Positions 26,847 through 35,665 of a DNA stretch of 64,000 bases are shown here, piece by piece; positions within the stretch are counted from its first letter, which is position 1; the number at the start of each line of letters is the position of its first letter. The position numbers and the translations under genes are program-made. The notes under the pieces are model-generated. The model saw only the letters and a list, made by a program, of their open reading frames with translations, was not told the origin of the DNA and searched no databases. Source of the stretch: Bacteroidales bacterium (GTDB lineage: Bacteria > Bacteroidota > Bacteroidia > Bacteroidales > Lentimicrobiaceae); NCBI GenBank assembly GCA_024636955.1, contig JAGXGB010000026.1, positions 42,757 to 106,756 on the forward strand, given 5' to 3'.

Positions 26847-28091
26847 ATGAAGAAAAGTTCAGTTAAACTGCGCAAGGATCTGGTTGATCTTCATTATCGA
26901 TATAAAGGATCAGGCAAAATCACACTATTATTTATTCACGGATGGAATATTAACAGTTCGTATTGGGATGAGCAGATTGATTTTTTCAGTGAAGCATATT
27001 CAGTTTATGCTATCGATCTGCCTGGCTTTGGAAAATCAAAAGCTGAGCGCAGCAATTGGTCAATGGAAGAGTATGCCCTCGATGTAAAAGATTTTATCAA
27101 GACACTGGAACTTAAAAACATCATTCTTATCGGCCATTCAATGTCAGGTGGCATTGTAGTTGAAGTGGCGCTTAAATCATCTGATGAGATACTTGGTGTA
27201 ATAGGCGTTGATAACCTGAAAACCATCGGAAGGACAAGCTTACTGGAAGAGAAACTGCAAATTGATAACTTCATAGGAAATATGCACACTAACTTTAAAG
27301 GAACTGTTGGTGCTTATGTTGATGAGCGTCTCCTCCCACCAAAAAGTACTGACGAAATCAGAAAAAGGGTAAAGAAAGACTTCGAAGATGCTGATCCAAA
27401 TATTAGTACAGAAGTGTACAGGAATTTAGTTGCATTTTCAGAATCACTGGATGAAAAACTTAAAATGTTACCCCAAAAGTTACACCTGATTAACAGTGAT
27501 ATGCGGCCAACCCTCGAGAAAGGGCTTGAAGAAACATGCCTGAATGGCTATGAAGTGCATACTATTCGTGATACCGGTCATTTCCCTATGATTGAAAAGT
27601 CTGCTGAATTCAATGGATTGTTAACTGAGGTTTTGAATAGTATAGTCACGAATTTTGAAAATAAACTAATGGCACGGGCGACAGTAAGAATCGAAGCACC
27701 AGCCTCGAAAGTATGGAAAGCCCTCACTGATAGCGCTGTTATTAATCAATATATGAAAGGTGTAGATGTAGAATCAGAATGGGAAGCCGGTAAATCAATT
27801 AAATGGAACGGTATCTGGAATGGTTACCATTATGATGAGAGAGGTGAAATCATAAGTATTCTACCAGGCATCATGCTAAGCTTTACAAGCTATAGTCCGG
27901 CCAGTAGCAAGCCCGATGAAAAAGAATTTTATAACATTATTGCTTATCAACTCGCTGAAGAAGCCACTCACACCTCAATTCTCATCGTACAGGATAACAA
28001 TCAGGATACTAGTGAACGCGATAAAGCCCAACATAAATGGGATGCAATGCTAAAAGCAATGAAAAAGCATCTCGAGAGTAACAGTAATTAG
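26847..28091 (+). CDS. Alpha/beta-hydrolase fused to a C-terminal SRPBCC (AHSA1/START-like) domain
   Basis: 414 aa. The N-terminal ~270 aa have LLFIHGW and the nucleophile elbow GHSMSGG. The C-terminal ~140 aa (ATVRIEAPASKVWKALTDSAVINQYMKG...) look like an AHSA1-type SRPBCC fold. Confidence 0.65.
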   Translation: MKKSSVKLRKDLVDLHYRYKGSGKITLLFIHGWNINSSYWDEQIDFFSEAYSVYAIDLPGFGKSKAERSNWSMEEYALDVKDFIKTLELKNIILIGHSMSGGIVVEVALKSSDEILGVIGVDNLKTIGRTSLLEEKLQIDNFIGNMHTNFKGTVGAYVDERLLPPKSTDEIRKRVKKDFEDADPNISTEVYRNLVAFSESLDEKLKMLPQKLHLINSDMRPTLEKGLEETCLNGYEVHTIRDTGHFPMIEKSAEFNGLLTEVLNSIVTNFENKLMARATVRIEAPASKVWKALTDSAVINQYMKGVDVESEWEAGKSIKWNGIWNGYHYDERGEIISILPGIMLSFTSYSPASSKPDEKEFYNIIAYQLAEEATHTSILIVQDNNQDTSERDKAQHKWDAMLKAMKKHLESNSN

Positions 28092-28120
28092 CTTTTGGCT
28101 TTAAAGCTTTGTATTAAGTT

Positions 28121-29977
28121 CTATCTCTTTTTAAACTGAACACTTAAGTCCGCTCTTCCAATTTTTTTGAGCGTGGATTCCAACCATTTCCTGTTTTCTG
28201 GTTTATACCAGAAGAAAAAACGCTTCTGTTCAAGCTTTTCTTCACTTCCTTTGGCCACATACACCGGTTTTTTAGTATAAGGATCCATCTCGGTGTAATA
28301 CATTGTAGTTGCCAGAGTCATTGGTGTTGGAGTAAAATCCTGCACCTGCTCCGGGTGAAAGCCCTGTTTCATTGTTTCACATGCTAACTCAGCCATGTCC
28401 TCGAGTTCACTTCCCGGATGACTTGAAATATAGTAAGGTACAAGTTGCTGCTTTAGTCCAGATGCGCGATTGATCTCATTGAACCGCTGCAAAAATGCAT
28501 TGTATGTGTTGTAATGGGGTTTACGCATAATCTTCAGTACAAAAGAAGATTTATGCTCGGGTGCTACTTTAAGTCGCCCTGATACATGGTACTTTACTAC
28601 CTGTTGCAGGTATTCAGATATTCCATAGTTTTTATCTTCTGCTTCAGTGTGATTAACCAATAAGTCATACCTGATGCCACTTCCAATGGTAATACGCTTG
28701 ATATTTTTAATCTTCAATGCCTCCCTGTAAAGCTCAGTCATTGGCTTGTGATTAATATTGAGATTGCGGCAGATAGTAGGAAAAATACACGACGGCCTAC
28801 TGCATTTCATACATCTTTCTTCATTCACACCTGCCATCTGATACATGTTAGCTGATGGCCCCCCCAAATCAGTAATATGTCCTTTGAAATCAGGATCTCC
28901 GGCAACCTCCTTAACCTCCTTTAAAATTGACTCTTTCGACCTACTGGCTACAAACTTACCCTGATGGGCAGAAATGGCACAAAACGAGCATCCCCCAAAA
29001 CAACCTCTGTGAATGTTAATTGAATTCCGAATCATCTCGAAAGCGGGTATCGGACCTCTTTTTTTATATCGGGGGTGCGGCTCGCGGGTATATGGGAGGT
29101 CAAAAGAAGCATCTAATTCTCCATTTTCTGCTGGTGGATATGGAGGATTAACCACTATTACTGAATCACCGTGTGCCTCTATGAGTCGGGCACCCTGCCA
29201 ACGGTTTGATTCATTCTCAAACAATGCAAAATGATTTGAAAACTCATTCTTGTCCTTTAAGCATGTTTCATGTGATGGTAAAGTTATTGTCCGCCAACCT
29301 TCAATTTCCGGTAAAACAGTATCGCCCGGAATTCTGAAAGCTGTTTGCTCAATATCATGTAGCTGATCAATAGTTAAACCTGATGCTAATTTTTCTGTTA
29401 TGGTAGCAATACACTTTTCGCCATTGCCAAACACTAGTAAGTCAGCTCCGCTCCATGCAAGTATACCGGGCTTAACAGAGTCGCTCCAGTAATCATAATG
29501 TGTAAGGCGGCGCATAGATGCCTCAATCCCACCCAGAATTACAGGCACATCAGGATATAGATTCTTTAATACTTGCGTATAAACCACTGAGGCATAATCA
29601 GGTCGGAAGCCGGCAGCATCACCTGCAGTATAAGCATCATTTGAACGCAGACGCTTGTTAGCAGTATAATGATTCACCATGGAATCCATATTGCCAGCAG
29701 TCACCCCAAAAAAAAGCCTGGGTTTACCTAGTTTCTTGAAATCACGCAGGTCATCCCTCCAGTTGGGTTGTGGTAAAATTGCCACCCTGAAACCCTTACT
29801 TTCAATGATGCGGCCAATGACTGCAGGACCAAAAGAGGGATGATCAACATAAGCATCACCCGAAACAATAATAACATCAACCTCATCCCAACCACGCTTT
29901 ACTAATTCCTCACGGCTCACCGGGAGCCAGTCAGTAATCGGTCGTTTGTCATTACCCGCATGGTCATTATTCCTCAT
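28121..29977 (-). CDS. ygiQ: YgiQ-family radical SAM protein (UPF0313)
   Basis: 618 aa. Radical SAM cluster motif HRGCFGGCSFCAI, with the N- and C-terminal extensions characteristic of YgiQ. Confidence 0.85.
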   Translation of the reverse strand: MRNNDHAGNDKRPITDWLPVSREELVKRGWDEVDVIIVSGDAYVDHPSFGPAVIGRIIESKGFRVAILPQPNWRDDLRDFKKLGKPRLFFGVTAGNMDSMVNHYTANKRLRSNDAYTAGDAAGFRPDYASVVYTQVLKNLYPDVPVILGGIEASMRRLTHYDYWSDSVKPGILAWSGADLLVFGNGEKCIATITEKLASGLTIDQLHDIEQTAFRIPGDTVLPEIEGWRTITLPSHETCLKDKNEFSNHFALFENESNRWQGARLIEAHGDSVIVVNPPYPPAENGELDASFDLPYTREPHPRYKKRGPIPAFEMIRNSINIHRGCFGGCSFCAISAHQGKFVASRSKESILKEVKEVAGDPDFKGHITDLGGPSANMYQMAGVNEERCMKCSRPSCIFPTICRNLNINHKPMTELYREALKIKNIKRITIGSGIRYDLLVNHTEAEDKNYGISEYLQQVVKYHVSGRLKVAPEHKSSFVLKIMRKPHYNTYNAFLQRFNEINRASGLKQQLVPYYISSHPGSELEDMAELACETMKQGFHPEQVQDFTPTPMTLATTMYYTEMDPYTKKPVYVAKGSEEKLEQKRFFFWYKPENRKWLESTLKKIGRADLSVQFKKR

Positions 29978-29984
29978 CAGGCTG

Positions 29985-29992
29985 CAAAAGTA
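29985..29992 (-). promoter_or_regulatory. Candidate -7 box (TActTTTG on the minus strand) 7 nt from the ygiQ start codon
   Basis: The plus strand reads CAAAagTA at 29985-29992 and the start codon ends at 29977. This implies a leaderless or near-leaderless mRNA. Confidence 0.35.
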
Positions 29993-30019
29993 AGCAAAAC
30001 ATGTGTAAGTTATCCATTT

Positions 30020-30583
30020 TCAATGAGTTGACTCATATCTGAAGCAATCAACAATATGGTCGTTTACCAAACCCGCTGCCTGCATATATGCATAGCAAAT
30101 TGTAGTGCCACAGAAAGAAAAGCCGCGCTTTTTCATATCCTTACTCATAGTATCTGATTCAGGACTCGATGAAGGGATTTCTTTGATACCTTTCCACCTG
30201 TTCTTTAGTGTCTTATAATTGGTAAACTGCCAAATGTACCTATCAAAGCTTCCGAATTCCTCAACAACTTTAAGGAATGCCTCTGCATTCTTTATTGTGC
30301 CCTTGATTTTAGCCCTATTCCTTATAATGCGGGTATCATTCAATAACCGTTGGAAGTCATCATCACCATATTGAACGATTTTATTAGGATCAAAATTATC
30401 AAACGCCATTCTGAAACCTTCCCTTCTATGCAGTATTGTTTTCCAACTCAGGCCAGCTTGAAAAGCATCAAGTACCAGGAATTCGAAAAGCTTGAGGTCG
30501 TCATGTACCGGCACACCCCATTCTTCATCATGGTACCTTATCATAAGTTCATCATTGGAAGGCCATTCACAGCGGTTTGTCAT
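30020..30583 (-). CDS. tag: DNA-3-methyladenine glycosylase I
   Basis: 187 aa with YHDEEWGVPVHDD, DAFQAGLSW and C-terminal Zn-ligand His/Cys residues. Confidence 0.9.
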   Translation of the reverse strand: MTNRCEWPSNDELMIRYHDEEWGVPVHDDLKLFEFLVLDAFQAGLSWKTILHRREGFRMAFDNFDPNKIVQYGDDDFQRLLNDTRIIRNRAKIKGTIKNAEAFLKVVEEFGSFDRYIWQFTNYKTLKNRWKGIKEIPSSSPESDTMSKDMKKRGFSFCGTTICYAYMQAAGLVNDHIVDCFRYESTH

Positions 30584-31617
30584 GATCTGATCGTATTAAG
30601 ATTTGTTATAGCAGAAATATTGCTGTAGTCAAATATACCTTTTTCAGTAATGATTCCTTTAACCAGCTCAGCTGGTGTTAGATCAAATGCCGGATTCCAG
30701 GCATTAGATCCAGGGTTGGCAACTCTAATGGTGTGCTTCTCACCATTTTTATCGATGCCTGTCTGCCATAGCATTTCATCAGTTGAGCGCTCTTCAATTA
30801 TAATATCGTTACCTGAGCTTATACTCAGGTCAATAGTTGATGTTGGTGCTGCTACATAAAACGGTATGTTGAAATACTTTGCAGTAATTGCTTTCTCAAA
30901 TGTGCCAATTTTGTTTGCAACATCACCATTGGCTGCTATACGGTCAGCCCCCACAATAACCATATCAATCATTCCTTTTGACATCAACATGGCACCTGCA
31001 TTGTCAGCAATAATTGTATGTGGTACCAGCTCATTTGAAAGTTCCCATGCTGTAAGCCGTGCACCCTGACCACGCGGGCGCGTTTCATCAGCATAAACAT
31101 GTAAATTTTTACCACTTGCTACAGCAGCATATATGGGTGCAAGGGCGCTGCCATAATCTACAAAAGCTAACCAACCTGCATTACAATGAGTTAGTATACG
31201 GAATCCGTCCATTAAAAGCTCATTGCCAATGATTCCAATAGCTTTTCCTGCCTCCTCATTTTCAAGGGCAACTGAAAAGGCAACTTCCTCAGCCAGCTTA
31301 ACTGAAACTTGTCCGGCAGCATATACTTTCTCCACTGCATAAAAAAGATCACGTGCAGTAGGTCGGGCTGACATAATTAACTGCATAGCTGTGTGAGGAT
31401 CAGCTCCGCTCATAAAAGCCTGAGCCATAGCATAACCTGCGGCAGCACCAATAGCGCCTGCCCCGCGCACAGTCATGTCAATAATAGCCTTACATGTTGA
31501 TTGGTAATCTTTGCATGTGTGCACCCCGAACTCAAAAGGAAGTTTGTTTTGATCGATCATGTGAACAACCGGTCCTTCCATCCATATAGTCTTGTAATGT
31601 AATCCGTTGACTCTCAT
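30580..31617 (-). CDS. mtnA: S-methyl-5-thioribose-1-phosphate isomerase (eIF-2B alpha/beta/delta-like family)
   Basis: VRGAGAIGAAAGYA, THCNAG (catalytic Cys) and GADRIAANGDVANKIGT (catalytic Asp). I trimmed the start to MRVNGL from the ORF-track 31650. There is a 4-nt overlap with tag. Confidence 0.8.
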   Translation of the reverse strand: MRVNGLHYKTIWMEGPVVHMIDQNKLPFEFGVHTCKDYQSTCKAIIDMTVRGAGAIGAAAGYAMAQAFMSGADPHTAMQLIMSARPTARDLFYAVEKVYAAGQVSVKLAEEVAFSVALENEEAGKAIGIIGNELLMDGFRILTHCNAGWLAFVDYGSALAPIYAAVASGKNLHVYADETRPRGQGARLTAWELSNELVPHTIIADNAGAMLMSKGMIDMVIVGADRIAANGDVANKIGTFEKAITAKYFNIPFYVAAPTSTIDLSISSGNDIIIEERSTDEMLWQTGIDKNGEKHTIRVANPGSNAWNPAFDLTPAELVKGIITEKGIFDYSNISAITNLNTIRS

Positions 31618-31637
31618 CTTACTAATTAAATGAGGGA

Positions 31638-31645
31638 CAAAAGTA
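31638..31645 (-). promoter_or_regulatory. Candidate -7 box (TActTTTG on the minus strand) for mtnA-tag
   Basis: The plus strand reads CAAAagTA 21 nt upstream of start 31617. It lies inside the ORF-track N-terminal extension, which supports the shorter start. Confidence 0.4.
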
Positions 31646-31727
31646 CACAAATAGGATGCGCAATTCCTAAAAACCTAATGACCTCTGGCTTTCAAGCAAT
31701 GATCGTAGATAAAAAGAGACCCTGAGT

Positions 31728-32213
31728 CTATCTACCGAGAATATACCTTATGGATAAGGCTCCGTAACCTCCTCTGAACCTATTGATTGATGAACCCGGG
31801 TAATCATACGAGTCGGACACAACTATTGTTGGAGCCCAGTCGAGACTCACGTTCAAGGGCATTTCATCAAAAGCATAGTCAAGACCTAATACGCCGGAAA
31901 TACCAAGCTCATAATAATTATTATATCCAGCATAACCATAATCCCAGGTAGTGAAAGAACCGCCTAAACCCCAATACCAACTTAAATTGTCAATAGAATA
32001 TATAGGGGTATGTTTTAACCAATATGCTCCTGCAACAAATCCGCCCCATCTGATACCACCGAAGATATCAACTGCTGAGCTTTCAGTTAAAAATGTTTTG
32101 TATGTTGCTATAAGGCCATATCCAACCTTACCACCTATGGCTGATTTATAATCCTGAGCTGATAATTGAATTGCCATAAAGGCAACAAATAGAGTAATGA
32201 AGATTTTTTTCAT
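31728..32213 (-). CDS. Small outer-membrane beta-barrel protein
   Basis: 161 aa. Signal peptide MKKIFITLFVAFMAIQLSAQ and Gly/aromatic-rich alternating strands. Confidence 0.55.
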   Translation of the reverse strand: MKKIFITLFVAFMAIQLSAQDYKSAIGGKVGYGLIATYKTFLTESSAVDIFGGIRWGGFVAGAYWLKHTPIYSIDNLSWYWGLGGSFTTWDYGYAGYNNYYELGISGVLGLDYAFDEMPLNVSLDWAPTIVVSDSYDYPGSSINRFRGGYGALSIRYILGR

Positions 32214-32333
32214 TTGGTTTTGTTTTCGTTAAACATAAGCACTGGATTTTAGGAATCCTATGTTAAGAAACAACCAATTGAACTCAAAGTTTAATTACAG
32301 CAAGTTTGGGATAAGATAACGTGCAAATAATAA

Positions 32334-32789
32334 TTACACCTTCTTTACATTCACAGCGCTTAAGCCCTTTGGACCTCTTTCAGTGGAGAATGTTACTGTA
32401 TCACCCTCTTTTATTAGTCCTTCAACTGAATTAATATGAACAAAAAGACTATCTCTTGATGTTGAATCTTTTATAAATCCATAACCTTTTGATTCGTTGA
32501 AGAAACTCACCACTCCTGTACCTGGAACCTCTTCATTCCTGGCTACATTCTTATTGCGAACATCAATCTCAATATCTTCAGTATTGATTACAATCTTTTT
32601 CTGAGTCGGATCAGGGGGGGTAGATGTAATTCGTCCGTACTCATCAACATAAGCCATCATATCATCGAGATTACTTCCATCACGCGATTCTGACTGGCGC
32701 TCCATTTTCTTTTGCGCTTTATCTTTTTTCTTCTTCTGCTTAAGTTTTTCTTTTTCCTGCTTATTTCTTGTTTGTTGCGATTTTACCAT
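32334..32789 (-). CDS. Cold-shock-domain protein with a Lys-rich N-terminal extension
   Basis: 151 aa. The C-terminal CSD has an RNP1-like KGYGFIKD and an RNP2-like LFVHIN. The N-terminal ~85 aa are highly basic (KQEKEKLKQKKKKDKAQKK). Confidence 0.8.
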   Translation of the reverse strand: MVKSQQTRNKQEKEKLKQKKKKDKAQKKMERQSESRDGSNLDDMMAYVDEYGRITSTPPDPTQKKIVINTEDIEIDVRNKNVARNEEVPGTGVVSFFNESKGYGFIKDSTSRDSLFVHINSVEGLIKEGDTVTFSTERGPKGLSAVNVKKV

Positions 32790-32857
32790 ATTTCTCTATT
32801 GTTTTCTTTTTTAGACTTTCCCTGTTTCTTGCCAGGAAAAAATGAAATTTAATTTAG

Positions 32858-32865
32858 CAAAGATA
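32858..32865 (-). promoter_or_regulatory. Candidate -7 box (TAtcTTTG on the minus strand) for the CSD gene
   Basis: The plus strand reads CAAAgaTA 69 nt upstream of the start, which implies a longer 5' leader than at other genes here. Confidence 0.35.
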
Positions 32866-32945
32866 CATAAAAAAATGCCTCTATTGCAGATACAAAACTA
32901 ACCAAGTTACTTCCCAATTGTTTGTTCGCAGAAGCTCAGTATTAG

Positions 32946-32953
32946 TACTTTTG
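32946..32953 (+). promoter_or_regulatory. Candidate -7 box TActTTTG 8 nt from the dus-like start codon
   Basis: Exact TAnnTTTG ending 7 nt before ATG 32961, implying a leaderless or near-leaderless transcript. Confidence 0.4.
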
Positions 32954-32960
32954 TAATCCA

Positions 32961-33914
32961 ATGAATTCAACTCATCAAATATATCTGGCACCATTTCAGG
33001 GCATAACAACCCATACATTTATTCGCGTATATTCTGCCCATTTTCCATTCATTTCAAAATACTATACTCCATTCTTTAGTAAGATAGATCATGATACCCG
33101 GCTTTCATCTAGAAAGGAACACGAACTTCAGCAACTTGGAGCTGGCCTGCCCGAAGTGGTTCCTCAGATATTAAGCAAAGACCCGGCTGAAATACTACGC
33201 TTTGCCCGAATATGCAAATCAAGAGGATTCCATGAGCTCAATTGGAATCTTGGTTGTCCATTTCCACAAGTAGCTTATAAAAAACGTGGTTCAGGTATGC
33301 TTCCTTATCCTGAATTTATTATTGAAATCCTTGATCAGGTAATGAAATCAATGCCACTACGATTTTCAATTAAATGCAGATTAGGATATTCGAATAAGGA
33401 TGAAATTCTTCAGTTAATTCCAATATTCAACCAATACCCAATACATGAGTTAACCATCCATGGCCGTATTGGCAGGCAGCTCTATTCGGGTGAATCTGAC
33501 AATGACATGCTCGCTTACATCAAGCCACTTATATCAATCCCATTTGTACATAATGGCGATATTTTTTCTTTGGAAGATTTCAAAACTGTTTCAGGCAAAA
33601 TGCCTGATAATACAAAATGGATGATTGGTCGTGGGATACTTTATAATCCCTTTCTTCCTGAAGATATCCTCCATGAAAGAACTGATTACAACAGAATGCA
33701 AAAGCTCCATTCATTTACAAATGATCTTTACCTTGCTTACCGATTTGACATGCAAGATCGTCTTACTATTCTCAATGTACTGAAAGAATACTGGGATTAC
33801 TTAGTTAACTTTTTTGAGGATCCACAAAAAGTAAAACGAATTATTAAAAAGGTTAAAAACTTTGATGAATATGAGGAGGCGGTAAAGAGAGTCTTTGAAT
33901 TACCTATACTGTAA
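32961..33914 (+). CDS. tRNA-dihydrouridine synthase family protein
   Basis: 317 aa with LAPFQGITTHTFIRVY and a WNLGCP catalytic-Cys block typical of Dus enzymes. Confidence 0.7.
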   Translation: MNSTHQIYLAPFQGITTHTFIRVYSAHFPFISKYYTPFFSKIDHDTRLSSRKEHELQQLGAGLPEVVPQILSKDPAEILRFARICKSRGFHELNWNLGCPFPQVAYKKRGSGMLPYPEFIIEILDQVMKSMPLRFSIKCRLGYSNKDEILQLIPIFNQYPIHELTIHGRIGRQLYSGESDNDMLAYIKPLISIPFVHNGDIFSLEDFKTVSGKMPDNTKWMIGRGILYNPFLPEDILHERTDYNRMQKLHSFTNDLYLAYRFDMQDRLTILNVLKEYWDYLVNFFEDPQKVKRIIKKVKNFDEYEEAVKRVFELPIL

Positions 33915-33940
33915 CTCAGGATATTAAAGATTCATAAGTT

Positions 33941-34612
33941 TTATATCAAACCCTCCCATTCTTTATAGAATTGCTTAAGGAAAGTTTCCATAAAGTCATG
34001 ACGTTCTTTGGCTATTTTTCTACCTGTTTCAGTATTCATCATTTTGCTTAATAAAAGCAACTTATCATAAAAGTGGCCAATGGTATGCCTGTTAACCTGA
34101 TTACCATTGATAGCCTCTGTTCCTTCAAATTCTATAGGTTCATATAATCGCCTGTTCATGTAACCCCCAAAATTGAATACCCGGGCAATACCTATAGCGC
34201 CGATGGCATCCAAACGGTCAGCGTCCTGCACTATTTGCAGTTCAACTGAATTGAATGTACTATTGAGATGGCGTTTCCTGAAAGAAATATTTTCTACTAT
34301 TTTGATTACATGGGTTACTGTTTCTTCAGGAAGTTCAAGTGAGCGCATAAATACACCTGCAAGTCGGGGGCCAATACTTTCATCACCATTATGGAATTTT
34401 GCATCAGCAATATCATGGAGCAGGGCTGCCAATTCTATTACCAGCATATCACCCTGGTTTTCTTCTTTAGCTATAAAAACAGCATTTTTCCATACTCTTT
34501 CAATGTGATACCAATCGTGACCACCTTCAGCTTCCTTTAGTTCACTTTTAACATAATCAGCAGTTTTATCAATTATTTCCGTATTGGTTAGTGAATTGGG
34601 ATTGTTAATCAT
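33941..34612 (-). CDS. HD-domain phosphohydrolase
   Basis: 223 aa with HDWYHIERV, LLHDIAD and QDADRLDAIGAIG. Confidence 0.85.
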   Translation of the reverse strand: MINNPNSLTNTEIIDKTADYVKSELKEAEGGHDWYHIERVWKNAVFIAKEENQGDMLVIELAALLHDIADAKFHNGDESIGPRLAGVFMRSLELPEETVTHVIKIVENISFRKRHLNSTFNSVELQIVQDADRLDAIGAIGIARVFNFGGYMNRRLYEPIEFEGTEAINGNQVNRHTIGHFYDKLLLLSKMMNTETGRKIAKERHDFMETFLKQFYKEWEGLI

Positions 34613-34721
34613 ATTGTAGTCAATAGTTATTGTGAGTATAAGGAAAACAGATTGAAGAACAAAGTGTTCTTTGTTTAATCGTGAGTCCCCAATAATAAAC
34701 GGTTTTAAACTGGAAATATAG

Positions 34722-34729
34722 CAAAGTTA
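34722..34729 (-). promoter_or_regulatory. Candidate -7 box (TAacTTTG on the minus strand) for the HD gene
   Basis: The plus strand reads CAAAgtTA 110 nt upstream of the start. The distance is long, so this call is weak. Confidence 0.25.
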
Positions 34730-34840
34730 CGACTGTTTTCCCGGATAGTAGTTTTTTCTCGAAGTGCCAAAAAATCAAAAGCAACCCAAAAAAGTAAGGA
34801 TTCATTATCATCAAATCTATCTGAAATCTACATTATTTCT

Positions 34841-34873
34841 ACCTCATCTCTATGTTTTACATAGAGATGAGGT
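34841..34873. repeat. Perfect 14-bp-stem hairpin downstream of the yceI-like gene (possible terminator)
   Basis: ACCTCATCTCTATG / CATAGAGATGAGGT with a TTTTA loop and no flanking T-run. Confidence 0.5.
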
Positions 34874-34880
34874 ATGTTTG

Positions 34881-34902
34881 AGGTAGAGATAAGGTAGAGA
34901 TA
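34881..34902. repeat. Tandem 11-bp direct repeat AGGTAGAGATA x2
   Basis: Read directly at 34881-34891 and 34892-34902. It resembles the hairpin arm immediately upstream. Confidence 0.6.
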
Positions 34903-34965
34903 ACATAGGCATAATGGTAATTTAGCCTTAATAAATCTAAAAAAATGTCCGAAATCAATGCTATT

Positions 34966-35520
34966 TTATATTGGATTAGGGTTTTCTTTCACTCTTAAGA
35001 GCTGAACCTCACAGGTGATTTTTACATCATCGTCAACCAACCAACCACCTGATTCAAGTGATGCATTCCAGTTAAGTCCCCAATCTTTACGGTTTATTTT
35101 TCCTTCAACGCTGAAGCCGGCTTTTTGGATTCCCCATGGATCAGTCATTGCCCCACCATATTCCACTTCAAGTTCAACAGGTTTACTAATTCCCCTGATA
35201 GTCAGATCACCCCTTAGCTTGTAAACATCTCCGGCTTCTCTTACTACAGAAGTGGAACGGAAAGTGATGCTCCCATGATTTTCAGCATCAAAGAAATCGG
35301 CACTCCTCAAATGTGTATCACGGTCATCGTTATTCGTGTCAACTGAGTTTGCATCAATTCTGAATTCTACCTGTGCCGTAGTGAAATCATTACCAAGTGT
35401 TGTGGCATCAAGTTCATATTTCCTGAACCTTCCTTTAACGTTGGTTATCATTAAGTGCCTGACTTTAAACTCAATTAAAGAGTGTGCCGGATCAATCTCC
35501 CATCTGATTCTGTCGTCCAT
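34966..35520 (-). CDS. YceI-family (polyisoprenoid-binding) protein
   Basis: 184 aa with WEIDPAHSLIEFKVRHLMITNVKGRF, typical of YceI-like lipocalin-fold proteins. Confidence 0.85.
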   Translation of the reverse strand: MDDRIRWEIDPAHSLIEFKVRHLMITNVKGRFRKYELDATTLGNDFTTAQVEFRIDANSVDTNNDDRDTHLRSADFFDAENHGSITFRSTSVVREAGDVYKLRGDLTIRGISKPVELEVEYGGAMTDPWGIQKAGFSVEGKINRKDWGLNWNASLESGGWLVDDDVKITCEVQLLRVKENPNPI

Positions 35521-35665
35521 GTCGTATTTGGTTTAATGTTTAATAATCAACAATCTATCTTACATTTTGTAGGACATTGTGAATACATATGGTGAATTAT
35601 GTGTTATTTGCACAATCTAAACTTTAGAACTAATATTTTGTTAATTCTCACTATTCCAATATGTT

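Noticed and set aside
34620-34814. A 64-aa minus-strand ORF in the yceI-HD intergenic region.
   Set aside because: It is a hydrophobic, aromatic-rich sequence with no family resemblance. The candidate HD promoter box lies within it.
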